From: Telmatocola sphagniphila
GTDB taxonomy: Bacteria > Planctomycetota > Planctomycetia > Gemmatales > Gemmataceae
Assembly (NCBI RefSeq): GCF_018398935.1
Contig: NZ_CP074694.1
Coordinates: 6,240,001-6,272,000, forward strand
Direction: 5' to 3'
DNA length: 32,000 bases
Shown: piece by piece, positions 16,850 to 26,349 of the stretch
Numbering within the stretch: the first letter of the stretch is position 1
Layout of the letters: every line of letters starts with the position of its first letter
Notes under the pieces: generated by a model
Told to the model about the DNA's origin: nothing
The model's input: only the letters and a program-made list of their open reading frames with translations
The model's database searches: none
Program-made: the position numbers and the translations under genes

Positions 16850-17047
16850 CTATTTGCCGGAGGTGTAACCGAAAAAGTGCATGGCGAGATAGCTCGCCAG
16901 ACTATAAGCCAAAACCAGAAGAACACTCAGTGTCCATACGGTAAAAGCCAGTCGGTCACCCAGTCGCACGGGAGCTCCGCTGGCGGTGGTGTGAGGCAGC
17001 GGAAGTTCATCTTGAACCGAATTGGTGTTGGAAGAGGTGGCGTTCAT
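16850..17047 (-). CDS. Small single-pass membrane protein (hypothetical)
   Basis: The ORF track starts at TTG 17098, but ATG 17047 is preceded by AAGGAG. The 65-aa product MNATSSNTNS... has one hydrophobic helix, LAFTVWTLSVLLVLAYSLASYLAMHFF. Confidence 0.5.
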   Translation of the reverse strand: MNATSSNTNSVQDELPLPHTTASGAPVRLGDRLAFTVWTLSVLLVLAYSLASYLAMHFFGYTSGK

Positions 17048-17214
17048 AAAACTCCTTTTATGCCTGGCGTCAGCAATAATCGTCAGCCCAAGTTTCAAAC
17101 TCTAAAAATCTGGAGCTAGAACTGCGTTCTACTTCCAATTTTAACGGACGTCGGGGGCAACTCTTAAATAAGATCTACTTAACGGCGCAACTTCTATCTG
17201 ATCGGCAGGAATGA

Positions 17215-18180
17215 ATGACCAAGCTGAGATTACTCATTCTAACGGTTATTCTGTTAGTCCTGGGCTTTTCCTCGCTCTACAAGGTCGATCAAACCGAGTT
17301 CGCTTACGTCACTCGTTTCGGCGAACCGGTCGTTACTTATGATGGTTCGACCGATGCCGGTTTACACTTTAAGCTTCCCTGGCCAATTGATTCGGTTCTG
17401 CGAATCGACCGCCGGTTACAAGTGTTCGATTTACCGCCAACGGAATCGTTGACTCGCGATCCACAGAATCAGACTGTAGATAAAACCCTGTTGGTGGATG
17501 CCTACGTTTGCTGGAAAATTCCGGATTCCGCGGGTGTCGATAAATTTATCCGGGCGGTGGGCTCGCCCGAGCAGGCGCGCCGGCTACTTTCTCCGAGATT
17601 TAGCAGCCGTTTGGCGGCGGTGATCTCCAATATGCCTCTGGATAATCTGATTCAGGTCGCCGACGTGGCAAAGGTGGATCAGAGAAATCTCACTTTAAAG
17701 AATCAGCTTCTAGGAATTCAGAAATTGGGTCCTAGCGATACGGCGGAGTCGCTGCCTTCGGCCATACTTCGGGAATATGGCATCGAAATAGTTGATGCCC
17801 GACTCCGGAGATTTAACTATCCCGAAGCGGTGCGCGATAGCATTGCCGAGCGAATCCGCAGTGAACGAGGGCGGAAAGTGGCGGACTACCAGAGTGAAGG
17901 GGATCGCCGGTATCGCGAGATTGTCAGCACCGCCGAGCGCGATGCTCGAAAAATTTTAGCCGAAGCTCAGGCGGAGAAGGCTCGAATTGAAGGCAAGGCG
18001 GATGCCGAAGCCGACCAGATTCGCAACGCGGCCCATTCGCAAGACCGCGAATTCTACACGTTTCTGCAAAAGTTGAAAGCCTATCAATCGATGCTCAGCG
18101 ATACGCGAGATTACTTATTGCTTTCGACGAAAAATGAACTCTTCGATCTTCTCCTCAAGCCGCCACCGGTGAAGAAATAG
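17215..18180 (+). CDS. hflC: SPFH/band-7 domain protein, HflC-like protease modulator
   Basis: 321-aa ORF. An N-terminal TM (LRLLILTVILLVLGFSSL) is followed by YKVDQTEFAYVTRFGEP, GLHFKLPWPID, EYGIEIVDARLRRFNYPEAV and a coiled-coil tail ending EFYTFLQKLKAYQ, as in HflC. No hflK is adjacent. Confidence 0.8.
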   Translation: MTKLRLLILTVILLVLGFSSLYKVDQTEFAYVTRFGEPVVTYDGSTDAGLHFKLPWPIDSVLRIDRRLQVFDLPPTESLTRDPQNQTVDKTLLVDAYVCWKIPDSAGVDKFIRAVGSPEQARRLLSPRFSSRLAAVISNMPLDNLIQVADVAKVDQRNLTLKNQLLGIQKLGPSDTAESLPSAILREYGIEIVDARLRRFNYPEAVRDSIAERIRSERGRKVADYQSEGDRRYREIVSTAERDARKILAEAQAEKARIEGKADAEADQIRNAAHSQDREFYTFLQKLKAYQSMLSDTRDYLLLSTKNELFDLLLKPPPVKK

Positions 18181-18192
18181 GATCATCGGATC

Positions 18193-19581
18193 TCAGCGAT
18201 TTTTTACGGGCTCCACCGCCATCGTGAATTGCGGGGAGTAAATACTTCCCTGGGTCGGAATCAACGCTCGACCGGTCTGTTTCTGCCCTTCGATGTAGTA
18301 TTCCCCCGCCCATTGGATGCCGACTCGATCCTTCTGGCGAAAGATTCGCAATGGCTGTTCCAGATCGGGCAGACAGACGTGAACTTTTTCTCCCGGGCCC
18401 AGCACCAGAAGATCGGCCATCAACAGCACGGCATCCACGGCCATCGGCAAACGTCGCGAACCGGGGAAATCGAGCCGGGCGGAGGCACAACCGGGGACGG
18501 GCAAATTGAAGCGAATATTGCAGGATGCGTTCAGGGTCAACAAATCACCGACTTGCAGCACTCCCGCCCGCTCGATGCACTTTCCGTTTATCTGGACCTG
18601 CTGGCTCGATTCCAGAATGTAATTTTCATCATCGCGCTTCAAGGAGGCGTGGAATCGCGAAACATCGGCCATCAGAGGAATGTCCACGGGACCGCTCTCC
18701 AGACTGGCTTGACCAATGGTAACCTGCTGCCCCATGCAAACCAGAAAACCGCCGATGCCATCGATCCAGAGGTAAAATCGCTTGACCGGGGCCAGCGGCT
18801 CCAGCGGGAACGCATTGGAGGCGGAAGAAAATAAGGGCGAACCTTCGGAGGACGTCGGGTCGCTGCGGTAAGTGGGTGTTTCCGGTTGAACCGCCGTCCA
18901 GGCCCGACTGCGCAGCGTCTGCACATCGCGGTGCATGGGCGCGACGGCGAGGGCATCATCCGCATGTTTCAACACTTCGCGGGCATTCAGTTGATTGGCT
19001 GATTCCTGCAGCTTGGAAAAGGACTCCCGGAACCGATCTTCCCGGCGATCGAGTTCCCGCTCGAATTTCTCCAAGCCCGCAGGTACCTTGCCGAGTTTCT
19101 GCCGGCAGTTCTCAACGGCCTGCTTGGCCTGTGGAAAATCGCCGCGCTGGGCGTAATCCTCTGCCAGCGCCCATTCCTGCGAGGCCGCTTCCAGGAGCGT
19201 CAACTCGTTGGATTGGATCGGTTGTTCGCGGAGGTGGCCGATGAGGCGCAGGGCTTCCAGCGGTTTGCCGTTTTCGAGCGATTGGCGGATTCCCGTCAGT
19301 TCGAACTGGATCAGCTTTTCGCGAAGTTTGAGACCCGCTTTGTCGCCGGGGGCAATCGATTCAACTTTGGCGAGATCTTGCCAGGCGGCCTCGGGTGAGT
19401 TTTGAGCGAGGAATTTTTCGGCCCGTTCCACATAGCCCCGAACGACATCTGAGCGAAGTGCCCAGGCGCGCCGATTGCCCGAGGCGATGAGACTATCCAG
19501 CAGGCGATGGGCTTCTTCGGGGCGGCCGTTTTTAATTGCCTCCCGCGCCTGCCATTTCATTAACCACGCTGGTTCGCTCAT
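18193..19581 (-). CDS. TPR-like / FHA domain-containing protein
   Basis: 462-aa ORF. The N-terminal ~230 aa are helical-repeat-like. The C-terminal part shows an FHA pattern: FYLWIDGIGGFLVCMGQQVTIGQ...VDIPLMADVSRFHASLKRDDENYILESSQQVQINGKCIERAGVLQVGDLLTL (S-R-x-H and N-G conserved). Confidence 0.75.
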   Translation of the reverse strand: MSEPAWLMKWQAREAIKNGRPEEAHRLLDSLIASGNRRAWALRSDVVRGYVERAEKFLAQNSPEAAWQDLAKVESIAPGDKAGLKLREKLIQFELTGIRQSLENGKPLEALRLIGHLREQPIQSNELTLLEAASQEWALAEDYAQRGDFPQAKQAVENCRQKLGKVPAGLEKFERELDRREDRFRESFSKLQESANQLNAREVLKHADDALAVAPMHRDVQTLRSRAWTAVQPETPTYRSDPTSSEGSPLFSSASNAFPLEPLAPVKRFYLWIDGIGGFLVCMGQQVTIGQASLESGPVDIPLMADVSRFHASLKRDDENYILESSQQVQINGKCIERAGVLQVGDLLTLNASCNIRFNLPVPGCASARLDFPGSRRLPMAVDAVLLMADLLVLGPGEKVHVCLPDLEQPLRIFRQKDRVGIQWAGEYYIEGQKQTGRALIPTQGSIYSPQFTMAVEPVKNR

Positions 19582-19625
19582 GGATGTGGGTTGTCTAGAG
19601 TTCCCGAATTAATCGACCGAGACGG

Positions 19626-19651
19626 AAAAACCCACGGAATTCAGCCGTGGG
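19626..19651 (-). terminator. Rho-independent terminator after the PspA-like gene
   Basis: On the minus strand: CCCACGG-CTGAATT-CCGTGGG followed by TTTTTCC. It lies ~60 nt past the stop at 19710 and upstream of the TPR-FHA gene start. Confidence 0.7.
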
Positions 19652-19709
19652 CTCGTGAGTTCAACGGTTAATCTAGCAATCTCGCACCCATAACGAAAGG
19701 GTATGAGCC

Positions 19710-20510
19710 TTAGTCGCGGGTACCGTTGTTGTCGGTCGAAGCCGATTTACCGTCCAGATCCGCCAGGATTTCGTCCACGCTCTTACCGCTGACAGCCGTG
19801 TCCGTGCTATAGGTTTCTGCCAGTTTCAGCTTCTCGCGCTGAACTTCCACGCGGGTCTGAAGTTCGCGGAGCGATTCCTTGATGTCGGCCAATCGAGTGC
19901 CGTCGTTCTGGTAACGGCTCTCGATCTGCTGCAGCTTGACCATGCGAATCTGGGATTCCATGTCGGCCACGGCCGCTTTCAATTCCGATTTCTGAGCAAT
20001 CATCGCATGGAGCTGCTGTTCGAGAATCAGGCGGGATTTTTCGTGGGTCGCCATCATCTGCTTCTGAGCTTCCATCTCCTTGCGGTTGTTTTTCAGTCGT
20101 TGCACGTCGGATTCGAACATTTCCTTGGCGCGGTTGTAGGAGACGGTTCGGCCGTCCCACTTGACCTTCTCGCCCGTTTTGGCTTCTTTCAGGGCTTCAG
20201 CCTGTTTGTGAACCAGAGCTTCTTGGCGTTCGATATTGCGAGTCAAGTTGTCGCAGGCTTCTTTTTGCATCCGCTCGGCAACAATCTGTTCCGCCAGATT
20301 CCCCTTGGCCTTGTCGATATCCTTATCCAGGGACAAGACTTCCTTCTTGATGCGCGAGATTTCGTGGTCCAGCGGAATCTGAGCTTCGGCCTGTTCCCAA
20401 GCCCGTTCGGCCCGGTAACTCATATAGCTGCCGATTTTCGTGTTGGCGACAGTTGCCGCACCCAAACCGCCCAAAACTCCAACGACGGCGATTTTCTTGA
20501 TCAAACCCAT
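19710..20510 (-). CDS. Membrane-anchored coiled-coil protein, PspA/IM30-like (tentative)
   Basis: 266-aa ORF. An N-terminal TM (IAVVGVLGGLGAATVA) is followed by long amphipathic helices whose layout resembles PspA (IPLDHEISRIKKEVLSLDKDIDKAKGNLAEQIVAERMQKE..., ELKAAVADMESQIRMVKLQQ). The family assignment is by eye only. Confidence 0.65.
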   Translation of the reverse strand: MGLIKKIAVVGVLGGLGAATVANTKIGSYMSYRAERAWEQAEAQIPLDHEISRIKKEVLSLDKDIDKAKGNLAEQIVAERMQKEACDNLTRNIERQEALVHKQAEALKEAKTGEKVKWDGRTVSYNRAKEMFESDVQRLKNNRKEMEAQKQMMATHEKSRLILEQQLHAMIAQKSELKAAVADMESQIRMVKLQQIESRYQNDGTRLADIKESLRELQTRVEVQREKLKLAETYSTDTAVSGKSVDEILADLDGKSASTDNNGTRD

Positions 20511-20688
20511 TGCAATTCCCCTTGATGTAGGTGGTTTTTTTCAAAATTCGCCGTCGAAACTGATTAACCGGCGGCGCTGCACACTGGGTCATTCGCCACC
20601 CCCGCCCGCATATTTGACACTCCGGAACAAAAAAAGAGGAACAATCGTCCGGTAATCTTATTTCTGAAAAAACTGTTCTAAGTTAAAA

Positions 20689-23409
20689 TTGATTGGTTGT
20701 GTACGGGTTTTTAATTATTGTTTTCCCTGTGTCATTGCGTACCACGTGAATATTTGGAAATCGAAAATCCGATTCGATCAAATTCCGGCCGGAAATGGGG
20801 CTGGAAGCGCGAATTGCCTGCCTAACACCGAATCCTCCACGCATTTTGAAGTGGCCGGGGCGAATGTTACCCGGGCGACCGATACCCGTCTGGGAAATTC
20901 CAAGCAAAAACTTCAGATTCCCGATGAAATTGATGGCCGGTACAACCTCTTTGAAGAGCTGGCTACCGGCGGCATGGGACGGGTTTATAAAGCCTATGAC
21001 CGCGTTCTGAATCGCAATATCGCCCTAAAAATCCTGCGCAGCCGGTTCATGGCGCAGGACGAAATTGCCTTGCGATTCATGGAAGAAGCCCAGATCATGG
21101 CCCGACTCCAGCATCCCGGCGTAGTGCCCGTCTATGAGACCGGAAAGCTCAAGGACGGACGACCGTTCATCGCGATGAAGCTGATCGAGGGTTGCACACT
21201 TAAAAATTTGCTTACGGATCGCAGTAATCCCAAGCAGGAACTTGCCCACTACATCAATATTTTCGAACAGGTTTGCCAGACTGTCGCCTTCGGCCATTCC
21301 CGCGGCATCATTCATCGCGATATTAAGCCCGAAAACATCATGGTGGGAGCTTTCGGGGAAGTTCTGGTGATGGATTGGGGCTTAGCGAAAAGTCTCGATC
21401 CCAAATTCGCCTCGCTACAGCCTTCCTTGCAGTGGCCGGTCTCGAAAAATGAGATCGATGACGAAATTGAAGACTTTGAAGACACCAAAGTTATCAAAGT
21501 GAATATGGTTCCGGCGCGTATGCCGGAGGAAAATATCACGAACGCTGGTCAGATTCTGGGCACCTTCCAGTACATGCCCCCGGAGCAGGCTCGGGGGGAC
21601 CACGATAAGCTCTCCTTCCAAAGCGACGTATTTTCCCTGGGCGCCCTACTTTGCGAATTGTTGACCGGCAGCCCGCCCTACAGTTCCGTTAAAGCAGAGG
21701 CCCGGCGGCAGGCTCAAGAAGCCGACCTCCGTCATGCATTCAACATGTTGAATGATTCCGGGGCGGATGCCGACCTGATTCAACTGGCCAAACACTGTTT
21801 AAACGAAAATCCGCACGATCGTCCCAAATCGGCCGAGCAAGTGGCTCTGTCGGTAGGATCTTATCTGCGCGGCGTTCAGGAACGCTTGCATAATGATCTG
21901 GTTCGTCGGATTGCCGCTCAGGCGCACGATCACCACACCCGGCATAAATCGCAAGTTATCAAACAGTTTCGCAATAATGCGATTCTGACATCCATTGCAC
22001 TGTTCATTGTTTTCGTGACCGTCGGATCCTTCCTTCTGATGTACCGCAATCAGCAGTTTCATCAGCGGTACGTCCAGACAGCCCAACAGGAATCGGCCCG
22101 CAAGGAACTCGACCATAAACTGGAAAATGTCACAGCGCTTCTGGGCAAACTTTCCACCAATTCCAGCGATTTCAGCCAGTCGATCGACACGGTGGAGCAG
22201 GCGAGCCAATTGATGCTCGATGCCGATTCCCTCGCTCAACAGACTGCACAACCTATCGCCGATAAAGCCCGAGTCGACGAGTTACGCTCGCAGTGTGATT
22301 CCTGGAAGCAAAATCTGATTTTGTTGGCCGATTTGGAGCGGATCTCTTTTGAGGATGACGAACTCCGACCCGTGAAAAATCGATCCGAAGAGGTCGGCCG
22401 TCGCTATCAGACTGCTTTCCAAAATCATCCTTTGAAACCGCTCGACGGTCCTTTGGAAGATGCCAAAGCCCGACTGCAAGGGTCGTCCATCGAAAGGCTG
22501 CTGCGACCGCATTTGTTAAAATGGTTGAGCCTCGCCGTGGAAGCCGAGCAAAGAAATCGTCTCTCGGGGTTGTTGAAATTTGAAGGGCCCAATCAAAATC
22601 AGATGGCCACTGAATGGCTGCGAGCCGTTCAGAAGAAGGACTCTGATACGCTGGTGCCGATGACCCGATTTTTGCTTTCGGCGAAGTTCGAAGCGGCGGA
22701 ACTCCGCGTTTTCGCCGAGCAGATTTATCAGCTGGGCCATCCCGAAGCCGCTGAGAAAATTCTTTTGAGTGCCCAAGTCAACAATCCAGAGTCCTACGAA
22801 GTCAATCGAGATCTGGGTAGGCTCTATCGACATATACCAGGACGTTCTTCGGATGCCGTTCGCTTTTGTACGGCGGCGTTATATTTACATCCGCGTTCCC
22901 CACTGCCGCATCTGGCTCTGGCCTCGGCGTTACGGGAAGATCATAAAGATGCGGCGGCTCTGCAAGAACTGAAAAACGCCCTGAAGTTGAACGAAACAGA
23001 CTTTCAGACCAACGTCCTTCTGGCAGAACTGGATCGCGAGCAAGGGCGTTTTGCCCAGGCCCTTGTGGCCTATCGCCGCATTCTCACCAAGCCCGAAGAC
23101 CTGAGCCGCGAACAACTTGGCAAAACGAGATTATCTGCCGCGGAAGTGGCGATTCAAGCTACGGCGAGCGATGCCGCCCGCGCACCCGCTCTGCGGCTCG
23201 AAGCGCTGAACTTTCTTCGAAATCAGTGGGTGGCTTGTAGCATGGACCGCCGGCCGGAAGATCGCAGCGAGTTCGAAAGCTGGCTGAAAAATGAAATTTT
23301 TGCCCCCGTCCGGAAACCCTCCTTTCTCGAAAAATTGGATGAGAAAGAGCGTGCGGACTGGACCACCTTCTGGCAGGAAGTGGAAAGTGGACTGCAAATC
23401 AATCCCTGA
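20689..23409 (+). CDS. Transmembrane Ser/Thr protein kinase with C-terminal TPR-like region
   Basis: Hanks motifs GGMGRVYKA, IALKIL, HRDIKPENIMV, DWGLAK (DFG variant) and GTFQYMPPE. One TM (AILTSIALFIVFVTVGSFLLMY) is followed by ~430 helical/TPR-like aa. No in-frame ATG precedes the kinase domain. TTG 20689, GTG 20746 and GTG 20851 are the candidates, so the start is uncertain. Confidence 0.9.
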   Translation: MIGCVRVFNYCFPCVIAYHVNIWKSKIRFDQIPAGNGAGSANCLPNTESSTHFEVAGANVTRATDTRLGNSKQKLQIPDEIDGRYNLFEELATGGMGRVYKAYDRVLNRNIALKILRSRFMAQDEIALRFMEEAQIMARLQHPGVVPVYETGKLKDGRPFIAMKLIEGCTLKNLLTDRSNPKQELAHYINIFEQVCQTVAFGHSRGIIHRDIKPENIMVGAFGEVLVMDWGLAKSLDPKFASLQPSLQWPVSKNEIDDEIEDFEDTKVIKVNMVPARMPEENITNAGQILGTFQYMPPEQARGDHDKLSFQSDVFSLGALLCELLTGSPPYSSVKAEARRQAQEADLRHAFNMLNDSGADADLIQLAKHCLNENPHDRPKSAEQVALSVGSYLRGVQERLHNDLVRRIAAQAHDHHTRHKSQVIKQFRNNAILTSIALFIVFVTVGSFLLMYRNQQFHQRYVQTAQQESARKELDHKLENVTALLGKLSTNSSDFSQSIDTVEQASQLMLDADSLAQQTAQPIADKARVDELRSQCDSWKQNLILLADLERISFEDDELRPVKNRSEEVGRRYQTAFQNHPLKPLDGPLEDAKARLQGSSIERLLRPHLLKWLSLAVEAEQRNRLSGLLKFEGPNQNQMATEWLRAVQKKDSDTLVPMTRFLLSAKFEAAELRVFAEQIYQLGHPEAAEKILLSAQVNNPESYEVNRDLGRLYRHIPGRSSDAVRFCTAALYLHPRSPLPHLALASALREDHKDAAALQELKNALKLNETDFQTNVLLAELDREQGRFAQALVAYRRILTKPEDLSREQLGKTRLSAAEVAIQATASDAARAPALRLEALNFLRNQWVACSMDRRPEDRSEFESWLKNEIFAPVRKPSFLEKLDEKERADWTTFWQEVESGLQINP

Positions 23410-23439
23410 CGCTGGCTCCGGGAATCATATCGTTACTTC

Positions 23440-24369
23440 ATGACTGTCGATCTGACAACTCGTTTGGGGCGACTGACCCTTCGCAATCCGATTCTGACCG
23501 CCTCGGGAACCTTCGGCTATGCCCGCGAGATGGCCGATTTCGTCGACTTCACTCAGTTGGGCGGCCTCGTCCCCAAAACGGTAACCCGGCAACCGCGTGC
23601 GGGCAATCCTCCACCCCGGACCGTCGAAACCGCCTCCGGATTATTGAATGCCATCGGACTGGATAACGATGGTATCGAACACTTTATTTTCCATCATTTG
23701 CCCTATCTGAGAACTCTTCCGACTGCCCTCGTCGCCAACATCGCCGGTAAAAGCGAAGAGGAATTCCCAGAGATGGCCGGCATGCTGGCCAATCAAGCGG
23801 GCATCGCGGCAATCGAACTGAATTTGTCCTGTCCGAACGTGGCGGGCGGTGCCGACTTCGCCACGCAACCCGCTGTCACCAAAAGAATTGTGGAAAGAGT
23901 CCGGGCGGCTTGTTCATTTCCGATTCTGGCCAAGCTGACCCCCAATGTGACCGATATTTTGCCCATTGTCCGGGCTGCGGCCGAAGGGGGAGCGGATGCG
24001 GTCACGCTGGTGAACACCTACCTCGGCATGGCCATCGACTGGAAGAAGCGAAAACCGATTCTCGGCAATCAGACCGGCGGATTGAGCGGCCCGGCCATCA
24101 AACCGATGGTTTTGCGACTGGTTTGGCACGTCGCCCGAGCCAATATTCTCCCCATTGTGGCCGTGGGGGGCATCGCCAATGTCGATGATGTCATGGAATT
24201 TCTGGTGGCTGGGGCTCAGGCAGTGCAGATCGGCACGGCTAATTTTTACGATCCCTCGGCCTCCAGTCGAATTGTGGGCCAATTAACCGATGCACTTTCT
24301 TATCTTCGGGCCGAGCAATTGAAAGATGTAATCGGTACCGCTCACACTCAACTCCCTTCAAATAGCTAG
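23440..24369 (+). CDS. pyrD: Dihydroorotate dehydrogenase, class 1 catalytic subunit
   Basis: 309-aa ORF with LTASGTFGY, NAIGLDNDG, IELNLSCPNV (catalytic Cys), KLTPNVTDI, GGLSGPAIKP and VGGI. Confidence 0.92.
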   Translation: MTVDLTTRLGRLTLRNPILTASGTFGYAREMADFVDFTQLGGLVPKTVTRQPRAGNPPPRTVETASGLLNAIGLDNDGIEHFIFHHLPYLRTLPTALVANIAGKSEEEFPEMAGMLANQAGIAAIELNLSCPNVAGGADFATQPAVTKRIVERVRAACSFPILAKLTPNVTDILPIVRAAAEGGADAVTLVNTYLGMAIDWKKRKPILGNQTGGLSGPAIKPMVLRLVWHVARANILPIVAVGGIANVDDVMEFLVAGAQAVQIGTANFYDPSASSRIVGQLTDALSYLRAEQLKDVIGTAHTQLPSNS

Positions 24370-24379
24370 AATAGAGTAC

Positions 24380-25543
24380 TTGTCGTGGTCTGATTGTTCA
24401 GGGAGTTTAGCGCGCTTGGAATTTCTTTATCTGCTGGCAATTCCGTTACTTATAGCGGTGAATGCGCTGTTCGTGGCTGTGGAATTTGCCCTGGTATCCG
24501 TCCGGAAAACTCGCGTTGAAGAGATGGTTCAGCAGAAACTGGCCGGGGCCAAATCGGTCAAATTCGCCTTCGACAATATTGATCGCAGTATCGCCACCTC
24601 CCAATTGGGGATAACGATCGCCAGCATTGCTATCGGAGCAGTTGGGGAACCGGTGCTGGCCAGGCTCATCGAACCGCTGTTAGGCGCCCTTTCCGGTTCG
24701 ATTCTGTTCATTACCAAACATGGTCTGGCGACGACGGTCGCCCTGATCTGCATTACGCTTCTGCACGTCGTTCTCGGCGAGCAGGTTCCCAAGCTGGCTT
24801 CGCTCCAGGCGCCGGATCGCACGGCACTCTGGCTCTGCCCGCCGTTGAACTTTTTTTCGGGAGTGATGAACCCGCTGATCATTTTGATGAACGCGGTGGG
24901 TAACTTTTTGCTGCGCTTATTTGGTTACAAGGCTGCCACCAATGGCGTGCACATTCACTCGATTCAGGAATTGCGGATGCTGATCGATGAAACTGAGGAC
25001 GCCGGGCTGATCGATGCCGAATCGGCCGATTACGTGCAGAACGTGTTCGAGCTGCGCGACAAGAAAGTCCGGGAGTGTATGGTACCGATCGAAAAGATGG
25101 ATGCACTCGAACTTCATTCCTCTTCCGAGGCAATTCTGGAATTCGTCCGCTCTTGCGGGCATACCCGTATTCCCGTTTACGATGGCACGCGCGATAACAT
25201 CATCGGAATTCTGAACACGAAGAATCTCTTCTACTTTTTCAGCCTGATGAATGCCGTCGTGCTGGACGATGCGCTCTACCCGGTCGAGTTTCTGAGGGCC
25301 GATGAGTTAATCTCCAACGCTCTGCGCGAACTGAAGAAGACCAAGGTCCCGATGGCGATTGTCCGGGATGAGAATAAGATGGTGGTCGGTATGATCACCC
25401 TGGAAGATATCATCGAGGAGATCGTCGGGGACATCGAAGATGAGCACGATGGCCCGACGATGAAACTGCGAAGAGTCCTCAAGAAGCCGACGGACTCTGG
25501 GGCCTCCCGCAGTTCGGTTCAAATCCGACCGCATTCCACTTAA
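24380..25543 (+). CDS. CNNM/DUF21-CBS (hemolysin/CorB family) membrane protein
   Basis: 387-aa ORF with a TTG start. It has an N-terminal multi-TM DUF21-like region, a CBS pair (RECMVPIEKMDAL..., GHTRIPVYDG..., PMAIVRDENKMVVGMITLEDIIEEIVGDIEDEHD). The usual CorC_HlyC C-terminal domain appears to be missing. Confidence 0.82.
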   Translation: MSWSDCSGSLARLEFLYLLAIPLLIAVNALFVAVEFALVSVRKTRVEEMVQQKLAGAKSVKFAFDNIDRSIATSQLGITIASIAIGAVGEPVLARLIEPLLGALSGSILFITKHGLATTVALICITLLHVVLGEQVPKLASLQAPDRTALWLCPPLNFFSGVMNPLIILMNAVGNFLLRLFGYKAATNGVHIHSIQELRMLIDETEDAGLIDAESADYVQNVFELRDKKVRECMVPIEKMDALELHSSSEAILEFVRSCGHTRIPVYDGTRDNIIGILNTKNLFYFFSLMNAVVLDDALYPVEFLRADELISNALRELKKTKVPMAIVRDENKMVVGMITLEDIIEEIVGDIEDEHDGPTMKLRRVLKKPTDSGASRSSVQIRPHST

Positions 25544-26274
25544 AAGAAGCGCCGATTCACCTGCAGCAGCTGATAGTTTTGATAAGCCAGCAAGCCGAAC
25601 AAAATCAGTGTGAATGCTCCGGCCGGGAGCACGAAGATTCCCCAGCCGACCTCGGGAATCTTACGGGTCATGTGGCCCAACGAGTAAGCGACGTAAACCA
25701 GCGATAGAACGATCGAGATTTGCAGCGTCCATTGCAAGCCGCGCCGACGATTGACCGAACTTAATCCTTCCTTCAGCAAATGTCCCCCATCCAGGGGATA
25801 GATGGGCAGCAGGTTGAACAGACTGAGTATCAGCGAACCGTAAAAGAGATATTCAAAGGCAACTTTCCCAAAAAGCCCGGCACGCAAGGGCCAATCGTCC
25901 ATTTCCAAACTCGCGTAAAGCAACCCCGCAAGAATTAAACCCATCAGCGGTCCTGCTGCCGTACAGACGACCCGCTTCCAGCGTTCGCCGATGCGAATAT
26001 CGGGAGTGGCCGCACCGGTGAAAAATTGCAAATCGATCGCCGGGAACGCTCGGAAATAGAGAAAGGCCAAAGCGTGGCCGAATTCGTGAACCAGAACGAT
26101 CAAAGAAACGCAGACGATTGCCACTAACCAAAGAAGTGGATTAATTTCGGTCAGCCGAAAAGTCAAGATCGCACCGAAGAGAAAGAAGCTGGGATGGATT
26201 CGCGTCGGAATTCCAAACAGTTTGAAATTCAGATCGTAACGCGACGGCGGTTGATTCTGAAACAGCATGATCAC
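25540..26274 (-). CDS. M50 (site-2 protease) family membrane metalloprotease
   Basis: 244-aa polytopic ORF with HExxH in VLVHEFGHALAF and the second M50 motif NLLPIYPLDGGHLL. Confidence 0.85.
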   Translation of the reverse strand: MIMLFQNQPPSRYDLNFKLFGIPTRIHPSFFLFGAILTFRLTEINPLLWLVAIVCVSLIVLVHEFGHALAFLYFRAFPAIDLQFFTGAATPDIRIGERWKRVVCTAAGPLMGLILAGLLYASLEMDDWPLRAGLFGKVAFEYLFYGSLILSLFNLLPIYPLDGGHLLKEGLSSVNRRRGLQWTLQISIVLSLVYVAYSLGHMTRKIPEVGWGIFVLPAGAFTLILFGLLAYQNYQLLQVNRRFF

Positions 26275-26349
26275 TTTCAGGCAGAACGCAAGGACTTTGA
26301 ATAGAGTGATTCTAAGGAGCCACAGGAACGCACACCAAGGGAATAGTCG

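Noticed and set aside
25514-25528. tRNA T-arm-like sequence TCGGTTCAAATCCGA
   Set aside because: No complementary acceptor-stem 5' half (AATGCGG or similar) lies about 70 nt upstream and there is no anticodon-arm structure. It lies inside the 3' end of the CNNM coding region.
25540-25543. Convergent CNNM and M50 genes share overlapping stop codons in TTAA
   Set aside because: This is a real but trivial 4-nt overlap that is common in compact genomes. No functional implication can be supported.
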